Sequence record: NC_048048.2
DNA length: 64,000 bases
Direction: 5' to 3' (one strand)
The notes under the pieces are model-generated. The model worked only from the letters and a program-made list of their open reading frames with translations. It ran no database searches and had not been told where the DNA came from. Below are positions 27,559-36,031 of this stretch, piece after piece (the stretch's first letter is position 1; every line of letters begins with the position of its first letter). The position numbers and the translations under genes were made by a program.

Positions 27559-28638
27559 GTGCTGCCTGTCGACACCCACGCCAAACTCCTCACCCGCGAC
27601 CAGTTCCGCGAGGGCGTCTTCGCGCGCGATGGATACGCCTGCGTCTTCTGCAAGCGCACCGCCGAGGAGACCAAGGAAGGCAAGCTCGACGCCCACCACA
27701 TCCTGGAGCGCCGGCTGTTCCAGGCCCCGCACGAGAAGGGCGGCTATTTCCTCAACAACGGCGCCACGGTCTGCGAGCACCATCATCGCCTGTGCGAAGC
27801 GACGCAAATCTCCACCGACGAGGTCTATGCCGCCTGCGGCATCACGCGGCGCGTCCTGCCCGATCACCTCTACAGCGACTTCGACTACGACAAGTGGGGC
27901 AACATCGTTCTGCCGACCGGCGAGCGCCTGAAGGGCGAACTCTTCAGCGACGAGTCGGTCCAGAAGGTCATGGCCGAGGCCTCGCCGCTGCCGGTCTTCA
28001 AGCACTACGTCAAGTACCCCCGCACCAATCACCTGCCCTGGTCGCCCGGCCTCAACGACGATGACCGGGTGCTCAAGGACATGGGCGCCTTCATAGGCGA
28101 GCGGGTGATCGTCACCACCAAGATGGACGGCGAGCAGACCAACATGTACCGGGACCACTTCCACGCCCGGTCGGTCGAGAGCGCCCACCACGAAAGCCAG
28201 GGCTGGGCCAAGAACTTCTGGTCGCAGATTTGCGGTGACATTCCCGAGGCATGGCGCGTCTGCGGCGAGAACCTCTACGCCAAGCACTCGATCGCCTACG
28301 ACAACCTGCCCACCTACTTCATGGGCTTTGGCGTCTGGACCGATCTCAACGTCTGCCTCTCCTGGGACGACACCCTGGAATGGTTCGAGCTTCTGGGCGT
28401 CACGCCCGTGCCGGTGATCTATGACGGCGTCTATGACGAGAAGCTGATCCGGGGGCTCTACGACGAGAAGACCTGGGACACCTGCGAGGGCTATGTCATG
28501 CGCGTGGCGCGGTCCTTCTCCTATGGCGAGTTCCGTTCCTGCGTGGGCAAGTTCGTCCGCGCCGGCCACGTCCAGACCACCAAGCACTGGAAGCACGGGC
28601 AGCGGGTCGAGAAGAACGGCCTGCTGGTCAGCCCTTGA
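27559..28638 (+). CDS. HNH endonuclease-RNA ligase fusion
   Basis: N-term RDGYACVFC...DAHH...NGATVCEHHH; C-term KYPRTxHLPWS, KMDGE (motif I), GEN, FxGF, EGYVMR. Confidence 0.8.
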   Translation: MLPVDTHAKLLTRDQFREGVFARDGYACVFCKRTAEETKEGKLDAHHILERRLFQAPHEKGGYFLNNGATVCEHHHRLCEATQISTDEVYAACGITRRVLPDHLYSDFDYDKWGNIVLPTGERLKGELFSDESVQKVMAEASPLPVFKHYVKYPRTNHLPWSPGLNDDDRVLKDMGAFIGERVIVTTKMDGEQTNMYRDHFHARSVESAHHESQGWAKNFWSQICGDIPEAWRVCGENLYAKHSIAYDNLPTYFMGFGVWTDLNVCLSWDDTLEWFELLGVTPVPVIYDGVYDEKLIRGLYDEKTWDTCEGYVMRVARSFSYGEFRSCVGKFVRAGHVQTTKHWKHGQRVEKNGLLVSP

Positions 28639-29102
28639 CGCAGGACCTCCTGGCCCTGGCGCGCCAACGGCGCGAGGAGATGTACGCGCGCATCGCCGCG
28701 CGGATGAACGTCGACTACGCCGTTCAGGCGCCGCCCCCGGAGGCTGGTGACCAAGGCCACTGGCGTCGGCGCCCCGGCGACAAGACGCGCCTCTCCCTGG
28801 TCCGCGAGGTCCAGAAGAACCGCTGCTATCTGTGCGGCAATCCGATGTCGCCAAAGGCCCGTCGCAAAGCCTCCGCCAGTCGCGACCATGTCGTGGCCAA
28901 GGCGCGCGGCGGCAAGAACGCCGAAAACATCCTCCTGGCCCACACCCGTTGCAACAGCGAGCGAGGCTCCCGCCGCGCCTATCCGTGCGAACTGATCTAT
29001 CTCCAGGCCGTCAATCTCGTGCTCGACGCGAGGATGAGGCGCAACAAGCCGCGCGGACATCGCTTCGCCGCCAAGCTGCGCGCCTTGATGGAGGGCTCGT
29101 GA
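28635..29102 (+). CDS. HNH endonuclease
   Basis: CYLCG...RDHVVAKARGG...N...HTRCN. Confidence 0.8.
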   Translation: MTQDLLALARQRREEMYARIAARMNVDYAVQAPPPEAGDQGHWRRRPGDKTRLSLVREVQKNRCYLCGNPMSPKARRKASASRDHVVAKARGGKNAENILLAHTRCNSERGSRRAYPCELIYLQAVNLVLDARMRRNKPRGHRFAAKLRALMEGS

Positions 29103-30214
29103 AGACCTTTAGGACCAATCGCATCCGTCTAGGCCAGTTTCGCATCCGCGATCGTAGCAACCAGCGCGCCAAGACCGCGATCATGGGCGCGGTGATCGAA
29201 GCCCAGGGTAAGCCGCGCAAGCGCGCCGCCATGCTGGAGGCGGAAAACCACGCCAAGCGCTATCGAGCCCCGCGCGACCTGGGCGAGGTCCTGCCCAAGC
29301 ACGGGCCGCCGGCCCCAGAGCCGCCTCCCCCGGAAAAGAACTGGCGCTCCAAGCCTCGGCCTCGATACGACATCGACCATCTGGTGTCGGTCTATCTTGA
29401 TCACCGCCGATCGCTGGCCAGAGCCGCGCGCGCCCTGGAGATGCACCCCTCGACCCTGCAAGCCAACCTCAAGCGCCATAGGCCCGAGGTCCTCCTGCCG
29501 AAGGGTCAGCGCTACGATCACGACGCCGCGCTCGAATGGCTCCAGGCCGGCGGGCAGATCGAGGACGTCGCCGCCGCCTTCGCCGTCACGCCGACCATGA
29601 TCGAGGCGATGCTGAAGGCCCGCGCGCCTGACCTCCTGCCGACCAAGCGTGAAGTCGACGAAGACGCCGTCCGCGCCGCCTATCTCGTCTCGGACCTGGA
29701 CTTTGGCGACTTCGCCAAGCAGCAGGGCTTGACTCCGCACCGCGCGCGTCGGATCACCAAAGGCCTGAAGCGGCCCTATCGGCGCCACAAAGCCTACACG
29801 ATCTCCGCGCGCGACGTGGCGATCCTGGCCAAGTTCGATCAGGAAGGCCTGTCGACACGCACCCTGGCCAAGGTCTTCGGAGTAAGCGCCCAGCGCATTT
29901 CTCAAATCCTGCTCAAGCACGGTCGCAGCCCCAGCCACCATAAACAGCAGAATCAATTCGCCGAACGTCACGCCCGCAAGGAAGCCAAGGCCAAGGCGCG
30001 CGCCGCCCAGAAGGCGGCCTTCAAGGCCAAGCGCGACGCCGACGGGTTCAGGCGCTACGACATCGCCAAGGCCCGCGCCCTCTATCTGGAGGGGCTGTCC
30101 CAGACCGAGGTCGCCCGCCGCGTCGGCGTCCATCCCGTGACCATTCACCTCATGGTCCATCGCGACTTTCCCGAGATCGTCGCCGAACGCGCCCGTCTGC
30201 GAAAGAAGGCTTGA
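29099..30214 (+). CDS. multi-HTH DNA-binding protein
   Basis: several HTH-like repeats (SLARAARALEMHPSTL; STRTLAKVFGVSAQRISQIL; SQTEVARRVGVHPVTI). Confidence 0.7.
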   Translation: MKTFRTNRIRLGQFRIRDRSNQRAKTAIMGAVIEAQGKPRKRAAMLEAENHAKRYRAPRDLGEVLPKHGPPAPEPPPPEKNWRSKPRPRYDIDHLVSVYLDHRRSLARAARALEMHPSTLQANLKRHRPEVLLPKGQRYDHDAALEWLQAGGQIEDVAAAFAVTPTMIEAMLKARAPDLLPTKREVDEDAVRAAYLVSDLDFGDFAKQQGLTPHRARRITKGLKRPYRRHKAYTISARDVAILAKFDQEGLSTRTLAKVFGVSAQRISQILLKHGRSPSHHKQQNQFAERHARKEAKAKARAAQKAAFKAKRDADGFRRYDIAKARALYLEGLSQTEVARRVGVHPVTIHLMVHRDFPEIVAERARLRKKA

Positions 30215-30249
30215 CCTTGCTCCGGCATCGTGCGAGAACCCTGTTGACA
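30211..30249 (+). promoter_or_regulatory. promoter, cassette class
   Basis: TTGACC-N15-GCGAGAAC then cctg-TTGACA. Confidence 0.55.
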
Positions 30250-30287
30250 CGCCGACAGGCGCCAACCGCGAACGGAGGGCCAAGACC

Positions 30288-30461
30288 ATGAAGACCGCTG
30301 ACCTGGGCCAGGGCTGGTACGCCAACGCCAACGACGATGGCAGCTTCACGATCCGCAATCCCGACAAGGGCCAGCGCATCAACATGACCGGCGAGGAGGC
30401 CAAGCGCTTCGTCGCCCTCTATCGCGAAGCCGAGGCGGAAGTCGCGGGTAAGGCCGACTAA
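30288..30461 (+). CDS. hypothetical protein (57 aa)
   Basis: GGAGG SD; not in ORF track. Confidence 0.7.
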   Translation: MKTADLGQGWYANANDDGSFTIRNPDKGQRINMTGEEAKRFVALYREAEAEVAGKAD

Positions 30462-30463
30462 TC

Positions 30464-30916
30464 ATGAAGCTTGGCCCCAACGACATGTTCGTCGTCCGTG
30501 ATGTCATGGGCGGCGTCGCCGTGGCCTTCCGCTCGGAGAGCGTCAGCGGCAACCAGAGCCACTCTCTGGACATCGCCCGCTTCGCCTTCGCGACCTATCC
30601 GACGATCGGGGCGGCCCAGGACGCCGCCCTGGCCCTGCGCAACAAGCTCAACGAGGCCCTGGTCAGCGAACGTCTGGCCAGTCTCGTCCTGACCTCGCCC
30701 GAGTGGGACCCCTTGCAGGTCTACATCACGGGCGATCAGGTCGCCTACAACGGCGAGGTCTTCGAGTATTGCGAGGCCGAGCCGACCCGGCTGGGGAGCG
30801 CTCGCCCCGACTACTCGCCCCGCTGGGAGAACGTCAAGAACATCGGCCGGCTCAACCATCGCCGCGCCGAACTGATCCGCCAAAACGCCACGCCAGAAGA
30901 GGAGTCTGCGTCGTGA
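30464..30916 (+). CDS. protein with CBM5/12 (ChtBD3)-like module
   Basis: WDPLQVYITGDQVAYNGEVFE...P...W. Confidence 0.55.
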   Translation: MKLGPNDMFVVRDVMGGVAVAFRSESVSGNQSHSLDIARFAFATYPTIGAAQDAALALRNKLNEALVSERLASLVLTSPEWDPLQVYITGDQVAYNGEVFEYCEAEPTRLGSARPDYSPRWENVKNIGRLNHRRAELIRQNATPEEESAS

Positions 30917-31431
30917 ACCACAACGAAATGGCCGTCCTCTACGTCACCGACCGCTGCGATGACGACGGCGACACCTACATCTTCCTGACCTTCGACAACG
31001 AAGACGAGGCCAATGCCCTGGAGCGCCGGCTGTCGTCGGCCCTGTCGCGCACCCACAGCAACGACGGCCTCTCGTACGAGGCCTATCGCCGCCGGCGCCT
31101 TGCCGCGCTCGTCGAGGTCGAACCGGCCCTGGACAGCTTCTCGCCTTTCCACGAGATGAACCACCAGCGCATGTCGTTCCACGTCGACGTGGTCCCGCTG
31201 CGGCAGGCGCCGCGCACTCGCATGCAGGTCAGCCAGCACCAGCCCTCGGCGATCGCCCAGGACATCGGCCGCCAGGAGATCGACTCGCTGCGCCTCGCCG
31301 GCATGAACGTCGAGCGCGCCCTGCTGGAGCACGCCTATCACATCCTGCTGGCGGACATGCCTCGGCATGAGATCAACGACAGCGCCACCATGGCCGCCAT
31401 CCGCGCGGTCGTCATCGACAAGGTTGCCTGA
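30913..31431 (+). CDS. hypothetical protein
   Basis: GTGA overlap. Confidence 0.7.
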   Translation: MNHNEMAVLYVTDRCDDDGDTYIFLTFDNEDEANALERRLSSALSRTHSNDGLSYEAYRRRRLAALVEVEPALDSFSPFHEMNHQRMSFHVDVVPLRQAPRTRMQVSQHQPSAIAQDIGRQEIDSLRLAGMNVERALLEHAYHILLADMPRHEINDSATMAAIRAVVIDKVA

Positions 31432-31432
31432 C

Positions 31433-31750
31433 ATGGACATGTTCGAAAACGCCACCAACATCGCCTGCGCCGTGATGGCCGTATGGTTCGCCGGCGCCGT
31501 CTGCTATCTGGTCGTCATGATCGCCCTGGCGTTGATTTCCAATGCGATCAGCGCGACGTTCAAGTGCGAGAGCGCCCTGACCGCCGCGATCGGCGTGCAG
31601 ATGGACCGCTTCGGCTACGACGCCAACGCCCTGACGGTCGCGGCCGTCTGGTTCATCGCTGTCCCGTTCCACATCCTGTGGACGATCACCGACACGATCA
31701 AGGCCCTGCGCGCCAAGAAGCCCTCGGAGCCCTACCAGGGCTGCGTCTGA
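31433..31750 (+). CDS. membrane protein
   Basis: 2 TM segments. Confidence 0.7.
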   Translation: MDMFENATNIACAVMAVWFAGAVCYLVVMIALALISNAISATFKCESALTAAIGVQMDRFGYDANALTVAAVWFIAVPFHILWTITDTIKALRAKKPSEPYQGCV

Positions 31751-31753
31751 CCC

Positions 31754-31933
31754 ATGATCACCGCGCAGGAAGAACGCGACGCCCGCGAGGAGGGCTGGCA
31801 GGCGGCCAAGGCCGGCAAGCGCAAGTCCTCCAATCCCCACTTCGGGACGCGCGGGCGCGCCTGGGCGCAAGGCTGGATCGCCGGCAAGGATGACAGCGAG
31901 ACGCCGCAGCGGCCTGACCTCGACGAGGCGTGA
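31754..31933 (+). CDS. Rmf/CrpP-fold-like small protein
   Basis: EGWQAAKAGK...NPH...AWAQGW; not in ORF track. Confidence 0.55.
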   Translation: MITAQEERDAREEGWQAAKAGKRKSSNPHFGTRGRAWAQGWIAGKDDSETPQRPDLDEA

Positions 31934-32030
31934 GATCGTGATGGCCTGAGGCCGTGACGAAGTGAGAGTTTGAAGTCGCGAGCGGGTCGCCGAAGGCGGC
32001 GCGTGATGCGTCCATAAGCAAGGAACCCAG

Positions 32031-32945
32031 ATGACAGACGCTGTGACGGGCAAGGACCTCTACGAGCAGGAGGTCAACAACGCCAACATCCACTCCAACC
32101 GCATGTACGCCTGGGACGAACTGACGCCCCTGCTCAAGGCGGAGTGGAACCACAAGGCCGCCCAGATGGCAGCCAACAAGGCCCCGCCCGTCGAGCCGCC
32201 AATCACCCCGCTCGACCGCGACATCCTCGACCTCTTCCAGGAAGAGGGCGCCGAGACGATCCTGGAGCTTATCCCGCTCCTGCTGCAACTGATCCGCGCC
32301 ATCGCCCAGGTCCAGAAGACCGCCTCCAAGGTCCAGCGCTTCGGCAACGTCAAGAACCCGTTCGCCGGCGACGGCGTCAAGCCCAACTTCGAACTGCTGG
32401 AGGACGAGCTTGGCGACATGCTGACCCTGGCCGGCATCCTCGGTTCGCGCGGCATCATCAACAAGGAGCGCGTCGACGCCCGCATCGCCTGGAAGACCGG
32501 CATGCTCAAGACCCACGGCTCGATCGACTGGACCAAGCTCGACCTGCCCGAGAACCAGCCGCGCACCTTGAAGGACGCCACCGACGAGGACTTGGCCGGC
32601 CCGAACTTCGGCGGCTATGTCAACAAGGCGCCCTACCAGGAAATGCGGCTGCGCCAAGCCATGACCGGCAACAACGCGCCGGCCGAGAAGGACTGGGTCG
32701 AGGCCCTGAAGGTCCTCAACGCCTTCCTGCGCCTGACGCCCGAGGAACTGGGCCACCGCCAGGAAATGGCGATCGTGCGCAAGGGCAGCGGCTTCCCGGC
32801 CAGGGACTTCAACGACTACCCACTCGAACACCAGAACGAGATCAAGCGCCGAGGCGCGGCGATCCTGGACATGCTGTTCGACCGCAACATCGCCGATGCG
32901 CTGGGCCTGTCCGCCGACGACTTCACGTCGCAAGAAAACGGTTGA
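32031..32945 (+). CDS. MazG-like NTP pyrophosphohydrolase domain protein
   Basis: QEEGAE...SKVQRFG...EDELGD. Confidence 0.6.
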   Translation: MTDAVTGKDLYEQEVNNANIHSNRMYAWDELTPLLKAEWNHKAAQMAANKAPPVEPPITPLDRDILDLFQEEGAETILELIPLLLQLIRAIAQVQKTASKVQRFGNVKNPFAGDGVKPNFELLEDELGDMLTLAGILGSRGIINKERVDARIAWKTGMLKTHGSIDWTKLDLPENQPRTLKDATDEDLAGPNFGGYVNKAPYQEMRLRQAMTGNNAPAEKDWVEALKVLNAFLRLTPEELGHRQEMAIVRKGSGFPARDFNDYPLEHQNEIKRRGAAILDMLFDRNIADALGLSADDFTSQENG

Positions 32946-32970
32946 CACCCTCCGCCTAGCGTGGGACAAG
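32933..32970 (+). promoter_or_regulatory. promoter, cassette class
   Basis: AAGAAAacggTTGACA-N15-GGGACAAG; contains upstream stop codon. Confidence 0.6.
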
Positions 32971-33001
32971 GGCGCATCGCTGAACAACCAAGGAGACGCC
33001 C

Positions 33002-33373
33002 GTGCTGCAAATGGTGAAACTGGACCCACGCATCGGCGTGCTTCAGACCGAACGCGGCACGGCCTTCTACGCCTATCCCGGCGGCTATGACGCCCCGCCC
33101 GTGCGCGGCAGCCGCGAGAAGGTCGAGTACGCCCTGGGCCTGCGCCGGCGCTTCAATGCGCTGGGCGACGTCCCCTTCGGTCCCTACCTGACCGTCTATG
33201 ACGTCGAGGTCACGGTGCGCTACCGCCATCGGCGCGTCAGCCGCGCGCCCTTCCGGTTCGAAGGTATCCGCGCCCCGTCCAAGTCGGCCGCCAACCAGGA
33301 AGCCCGTCGCCTGCTAAAGCACGGTCACGGCGGCCTGCCGTTGTGCAAGGCCACCCTGCGCGTGGAGCACTAA
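33002..33373 (+). CDS. hypothetical protein
   Basis: AAGGAG SD, GTG start. Confidence 0.7.
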   Translation: MLQMVKLDPRIGVLQTERGTAFYAYPGGYDAPPVRGSREKVEYALGLRRRFNALGDVPFGPYLTVYDVEVTVRYRHRRVSRAPFRFEGIRAPSKSAANQEARRLLKHGHGGLPLCKATLRVEH

Positions 33374-33376
33374 GCC

Positions 33377-33745
33377 ATGAAGACGACCCACAAGCTCACC
33401 CAGGAAGAAGCCAACCTGATCCGCACCACCGCCTGCAAGAAGGTCGGGCGCGGGCGCGTCAAGCTGGAAGTCAACGTCCGCGCCGACGACTTCGGCGGCG
33501 AGGGCTTCAACATGCTGGCCATGAACGGCCAACACGAGATGATCGACACCGTGCCCTGGAGCCGGTTCCGCAGCCGTGTCTTCCCGCTGGTCGACGGCGC
33601 CGCCATGCTCGACGTGGCGATCCAGTCCTCGCACAACGATGGCGACGGCCCCGAACTGCTCGACCATGTCAAGCCGGTCTGGGAGAACGGCGTGCTGGTG
33701 CGGATCGAAGGCTATCAGCGCATCCTGTGGCAGCGCGCCGCGTGA
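33377..33745 (+). CDS. hypothetical protein
   Basis: ORF. Confidence 0.7.
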   Translation: MKTTHKLTQEEANLIRTTACKKVGRGRVKLEVNVRADDFGGEGFNMLAMNGQHEMIDTVPWSRFRSRVFPLVDGAAMLDVAIQSSHNDGDGPELLDHVKPVWENGVLVRIEGYQRILWQRAA

Positions 33746-33972
33746 GTCGCCTGGACCCCAAGGACCGGTTCTGGGCCGGCGGCAGCGGCGAAGGCTGGTT
33801 CGTCAAGTTCCACCGCGAGCCGTCCTGGCATCCGGGCGCGCCCGAGGAAAGCACGATCGCCGTCTTCGCCGCGCGCGACTACGTCGATGGCGAAACGGGC
33901 GCCGCCAAGGCCGCCAGCGCCCTGGCCGCCGATCTGAATCAAGCCCTGGACAAGGTGCGTACGAGCGCATGA
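33742..33972 (+). CDS. hypothetical protein
   Basis: GTGA overlap. Confidence 0.65.
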   Translation: MSRLDPKDRFWAGGSGEGWFVKFHREPSWHPGAPEESTIAVFAARDYVDGETGAAKAASALAADLNQALDKVRTSA

Positions 33973-34442
33973 CCGAGCCCGTCATTCCTTCCCTGACGCT
34001 TCTGGCCCTGCTGCGCGAGGCCCAGTCGAGCGTGATCCTGTCCTGCGGGACCGAGATCAACTACATCGACGCCGACGTGCTGGTGGCCAACGTGGCCGAG
34101 TACATCAGCGATCACACCGTCTCCTGGCTGGAGCACCTGCTGGTCGGCGTCCACGTCACCGAGGCCGAGCAAGAACTGTCGATCGGGCAGAACGACCCGG
34201 AGTTCCCGACCTATGTGGGCCTGCGCATCTGGGCGCACCGCGTCGAGGGCAAATGGAACCGTGACTTTCTCACCATGCTGCGCGCCCGGCCGGTCCAGCA
34301 GTCTCCCGCCATCAAGGATGCCCTGGCCGACCCCGACCCCGCCGACTGGGCGGTCAAGCGCTACCTGAACAAGGGAGACGTCATCGTCCGCCTCAACAAG
34401 GACGGCGTGATCGTCGACGTCGAGGCCGTCAAGCTGGTCTGA
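33969..34442 (+). CDS. hypothetical protein
   Basis: ATGA overlap. Confidence 0.7.
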   Translation: MTEPVIPSLTLLALLREAQSSVILSCGTEINYIDADVLVANVAEYISDHTVSWLEHLLVGVHVTEAEQELSIGQNDPEFPTYVGLRIWAHRVEGKWNRDFLTMLRARPVQQSPAIKDALADPDPADWAVKRYLNKGDVIVRLNKDGVIVDVEAVKLV

Positions 34443-34444
34443 CG

Positions 34445-34678
34445 ATGAACCGCAAGCCCCGTCCCGTCAGCGTGCGCGGCAAGGCCGAACTGGTCGAGGG
34501 CACCAAGGTGCGCTTCATCTGTCCGCTGGGCCACACCCAGGTCGAGGACCTGGGCCGCAAATCCTTGCCGCTGCCCAGGCGCTACTCGGCCGAGGCGGTC
34601 AAGCGGCTGGCCCACTGGTGGCGCCAGGGCGTCACCTTCGACTGCAAGCGCTGCACCAGGGACAACCACAAGACTTAG
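34445..34678 (+). CDS. hypothetical Zn-ribbon protein
   Basis: CPLGH...CKRC. Confidence 0.65.
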   Translation: MNRKPRPVSVRGKAELVEGTKVRFICPLGHTQVEDLGRKSLPLPRRYSAEAVKRLAHWWRQGVTFDCKRCTRDNHKT

Positions 34679-34740
34679 GTCGATTAAATAGACTCGATAC
34701 TGTCAATCACGTCACGGTGTCATTTCGGCTTGCATAGTCG

Positions 34741-34755
34741 TTAATCATGCCTTAA
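34741..34755. promoter_or_regulatory. CtrA box
   Basis: TTAA-tcatgcc-TTAA upstream of Tat gene 34786. Confidence 0.6.
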
Positions 34756-34785
34756 AAGGGACCCTAAATCCAGAGGGACCTTCAC

Positions 34786-35568
34786 ATGACCACCCGCCGC
34801 GCTCTCCTCTCCGCTGGTATGGCCCTGGCCGCCACGTCGGCCATACCGGGTATGGCTGCCGCCAAGACCCTGAAAAACAAGGACGATTTCGATAAACGCG
34901 TCCTCGACGTCCTGGCCAACGGCGCCAAGACGGGCGGCGGGTTCCAGGAAAATCTCGACCGCGATGTCGCCGACTATCTGGTCAAGCATACCCTGGCCTA
35001 CGGCATCACCCTCAAGAGCTTCGGCGACTACCACGTCGCCAACACCACCAAGCCCACGACCGTCGACATCTACGGCCTGACCAAGGAAGGCCTCCAGGCC
35101 GGCAACATCGTCCTGGCCGATCGCCTCTCGCCTGACGCCGGCGCCATGCTGCGCAAAGCCTTCGCCCACCGGGTCCCCGCCGGCGCGAGCCCTTGGGGCA
35201 CGCGGGCCGACGTCGTGCGCAACCTCTACGCCCACTTGACCGGTCCCACCCACGAGGGCCGCTTGCCGGTCGCGCCTCTGGTCCTGAACGAGACCACCTA
35301 CCGCAAGGACTACATCCTCGAAAATCTGGAGAAGGGCGCCCTGCGGCCGGCCAAGTGGTCGGGGGATTCCTACGCCGAAGGCGGCATCCTCTGGGTCGAG
35401 CGCACCCCCACCTTCCTGATCGGCCGGGACTTCCACGACGGCATACACTGGGAGATCGACTCCGTCGCCCTCAACAAGGACATCGTCCAGTTCCAATCCC
35501 TGCCGGCCCACGAGCGCGACACCTACCGCCGCCTGATCACCGCGTACGCGCCCGGCCTGTTCGGCTAG
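34786..35568 (+). CDS. Tat-signal protein, paralog family A
   Basis: MTTRRALLSAGMALAATSAIPGMAAA| signal. Confidence 0.75.
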   Translation: MTTRRALLSAGMALAATSAIPGMAAAKTLKNKDDFDKRVLDVLANGAKTGGGFQENLDRDVADYLVKHTLAYGITLKSFGDYHVANTTKPTTVDIYGLTKEGLQAGNIVLADRLSPDAGAMLRKAFAHRVPAGASPWGTRADVVRNLYAHLTGPTHEGRLPVAPLVLNETTYRKDYILENLEKGALRPAKWSGDSYAEGGILWVERTPTFLIGRDFHDGIHWEIDSVALNKDIVQFQSLPAHERDTYRRLITAYAPGLFG

Positions 35569-35764
35569 CAGCGCATCCCGCGACGCGGTTCGCCCACCTC
35601 AGGGTCGAAGTGTGCCGCGCGAAGCGCTCGCGTTATGGTATTTCAAAGTTGCCTAACGGTTGCCGTATCAACAGGTTTTCTCAATTTCTGAGAGTCATCG
35701 CCCGGCGGCCGTCTTGGCACGCCCCCGCGAGGCGATCTCTCATGACCCGAGCCCAGGAGGTCCC

Positions 35765-36031
35765 ATGCCACGCGGCGGCGTCCATCGCTATGTGATCGGC
35801 CAGCGCTGGTACTCCAGCCAGGAAGTCCAGAGCCTGATCGTCGAGACCCTGCCCAAGCTGCCGGCCGGCGGGCGCACAGCCGCCAAGCTCGATCTGGCGT
35901 TCGGCTCGGTCGATCTGGCCCAGACCACCATCTCGGCCATGCTCAAGAAGCTCGCCGCCCAGGGCCGCGTGCGCAAGGTGCGGCACGGTCACTACGAACT
36001 CCCCTCCCGAACCAGGGCCTCCCATGACTGA
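35765..36031 (+). CDS. winged-helix DNA-binding protein
   Basis: GGAGG SD; ISAMLKKLAAQGRVRKVRHGHYEL. Confidence 0.65.
   Translation: MPRGGVHRYVIGQRWYSSQEVQSLIVETLPKLPAGGRTAAKLDLAFGSVDLAQTTISAMLKKLAAQGRVRKVRHGHYELPSRTRASHD

Noticed and set aside
26974-28854. 626-aa minus-strand ORF (also 43467-45446, 29129-30403, 31758-33029, 55049-56248, 35943-37112)
   Set aside because: Antisense shadows of well-supported + strand genes in high-GC3 DNA; no motifs, SD or promoter
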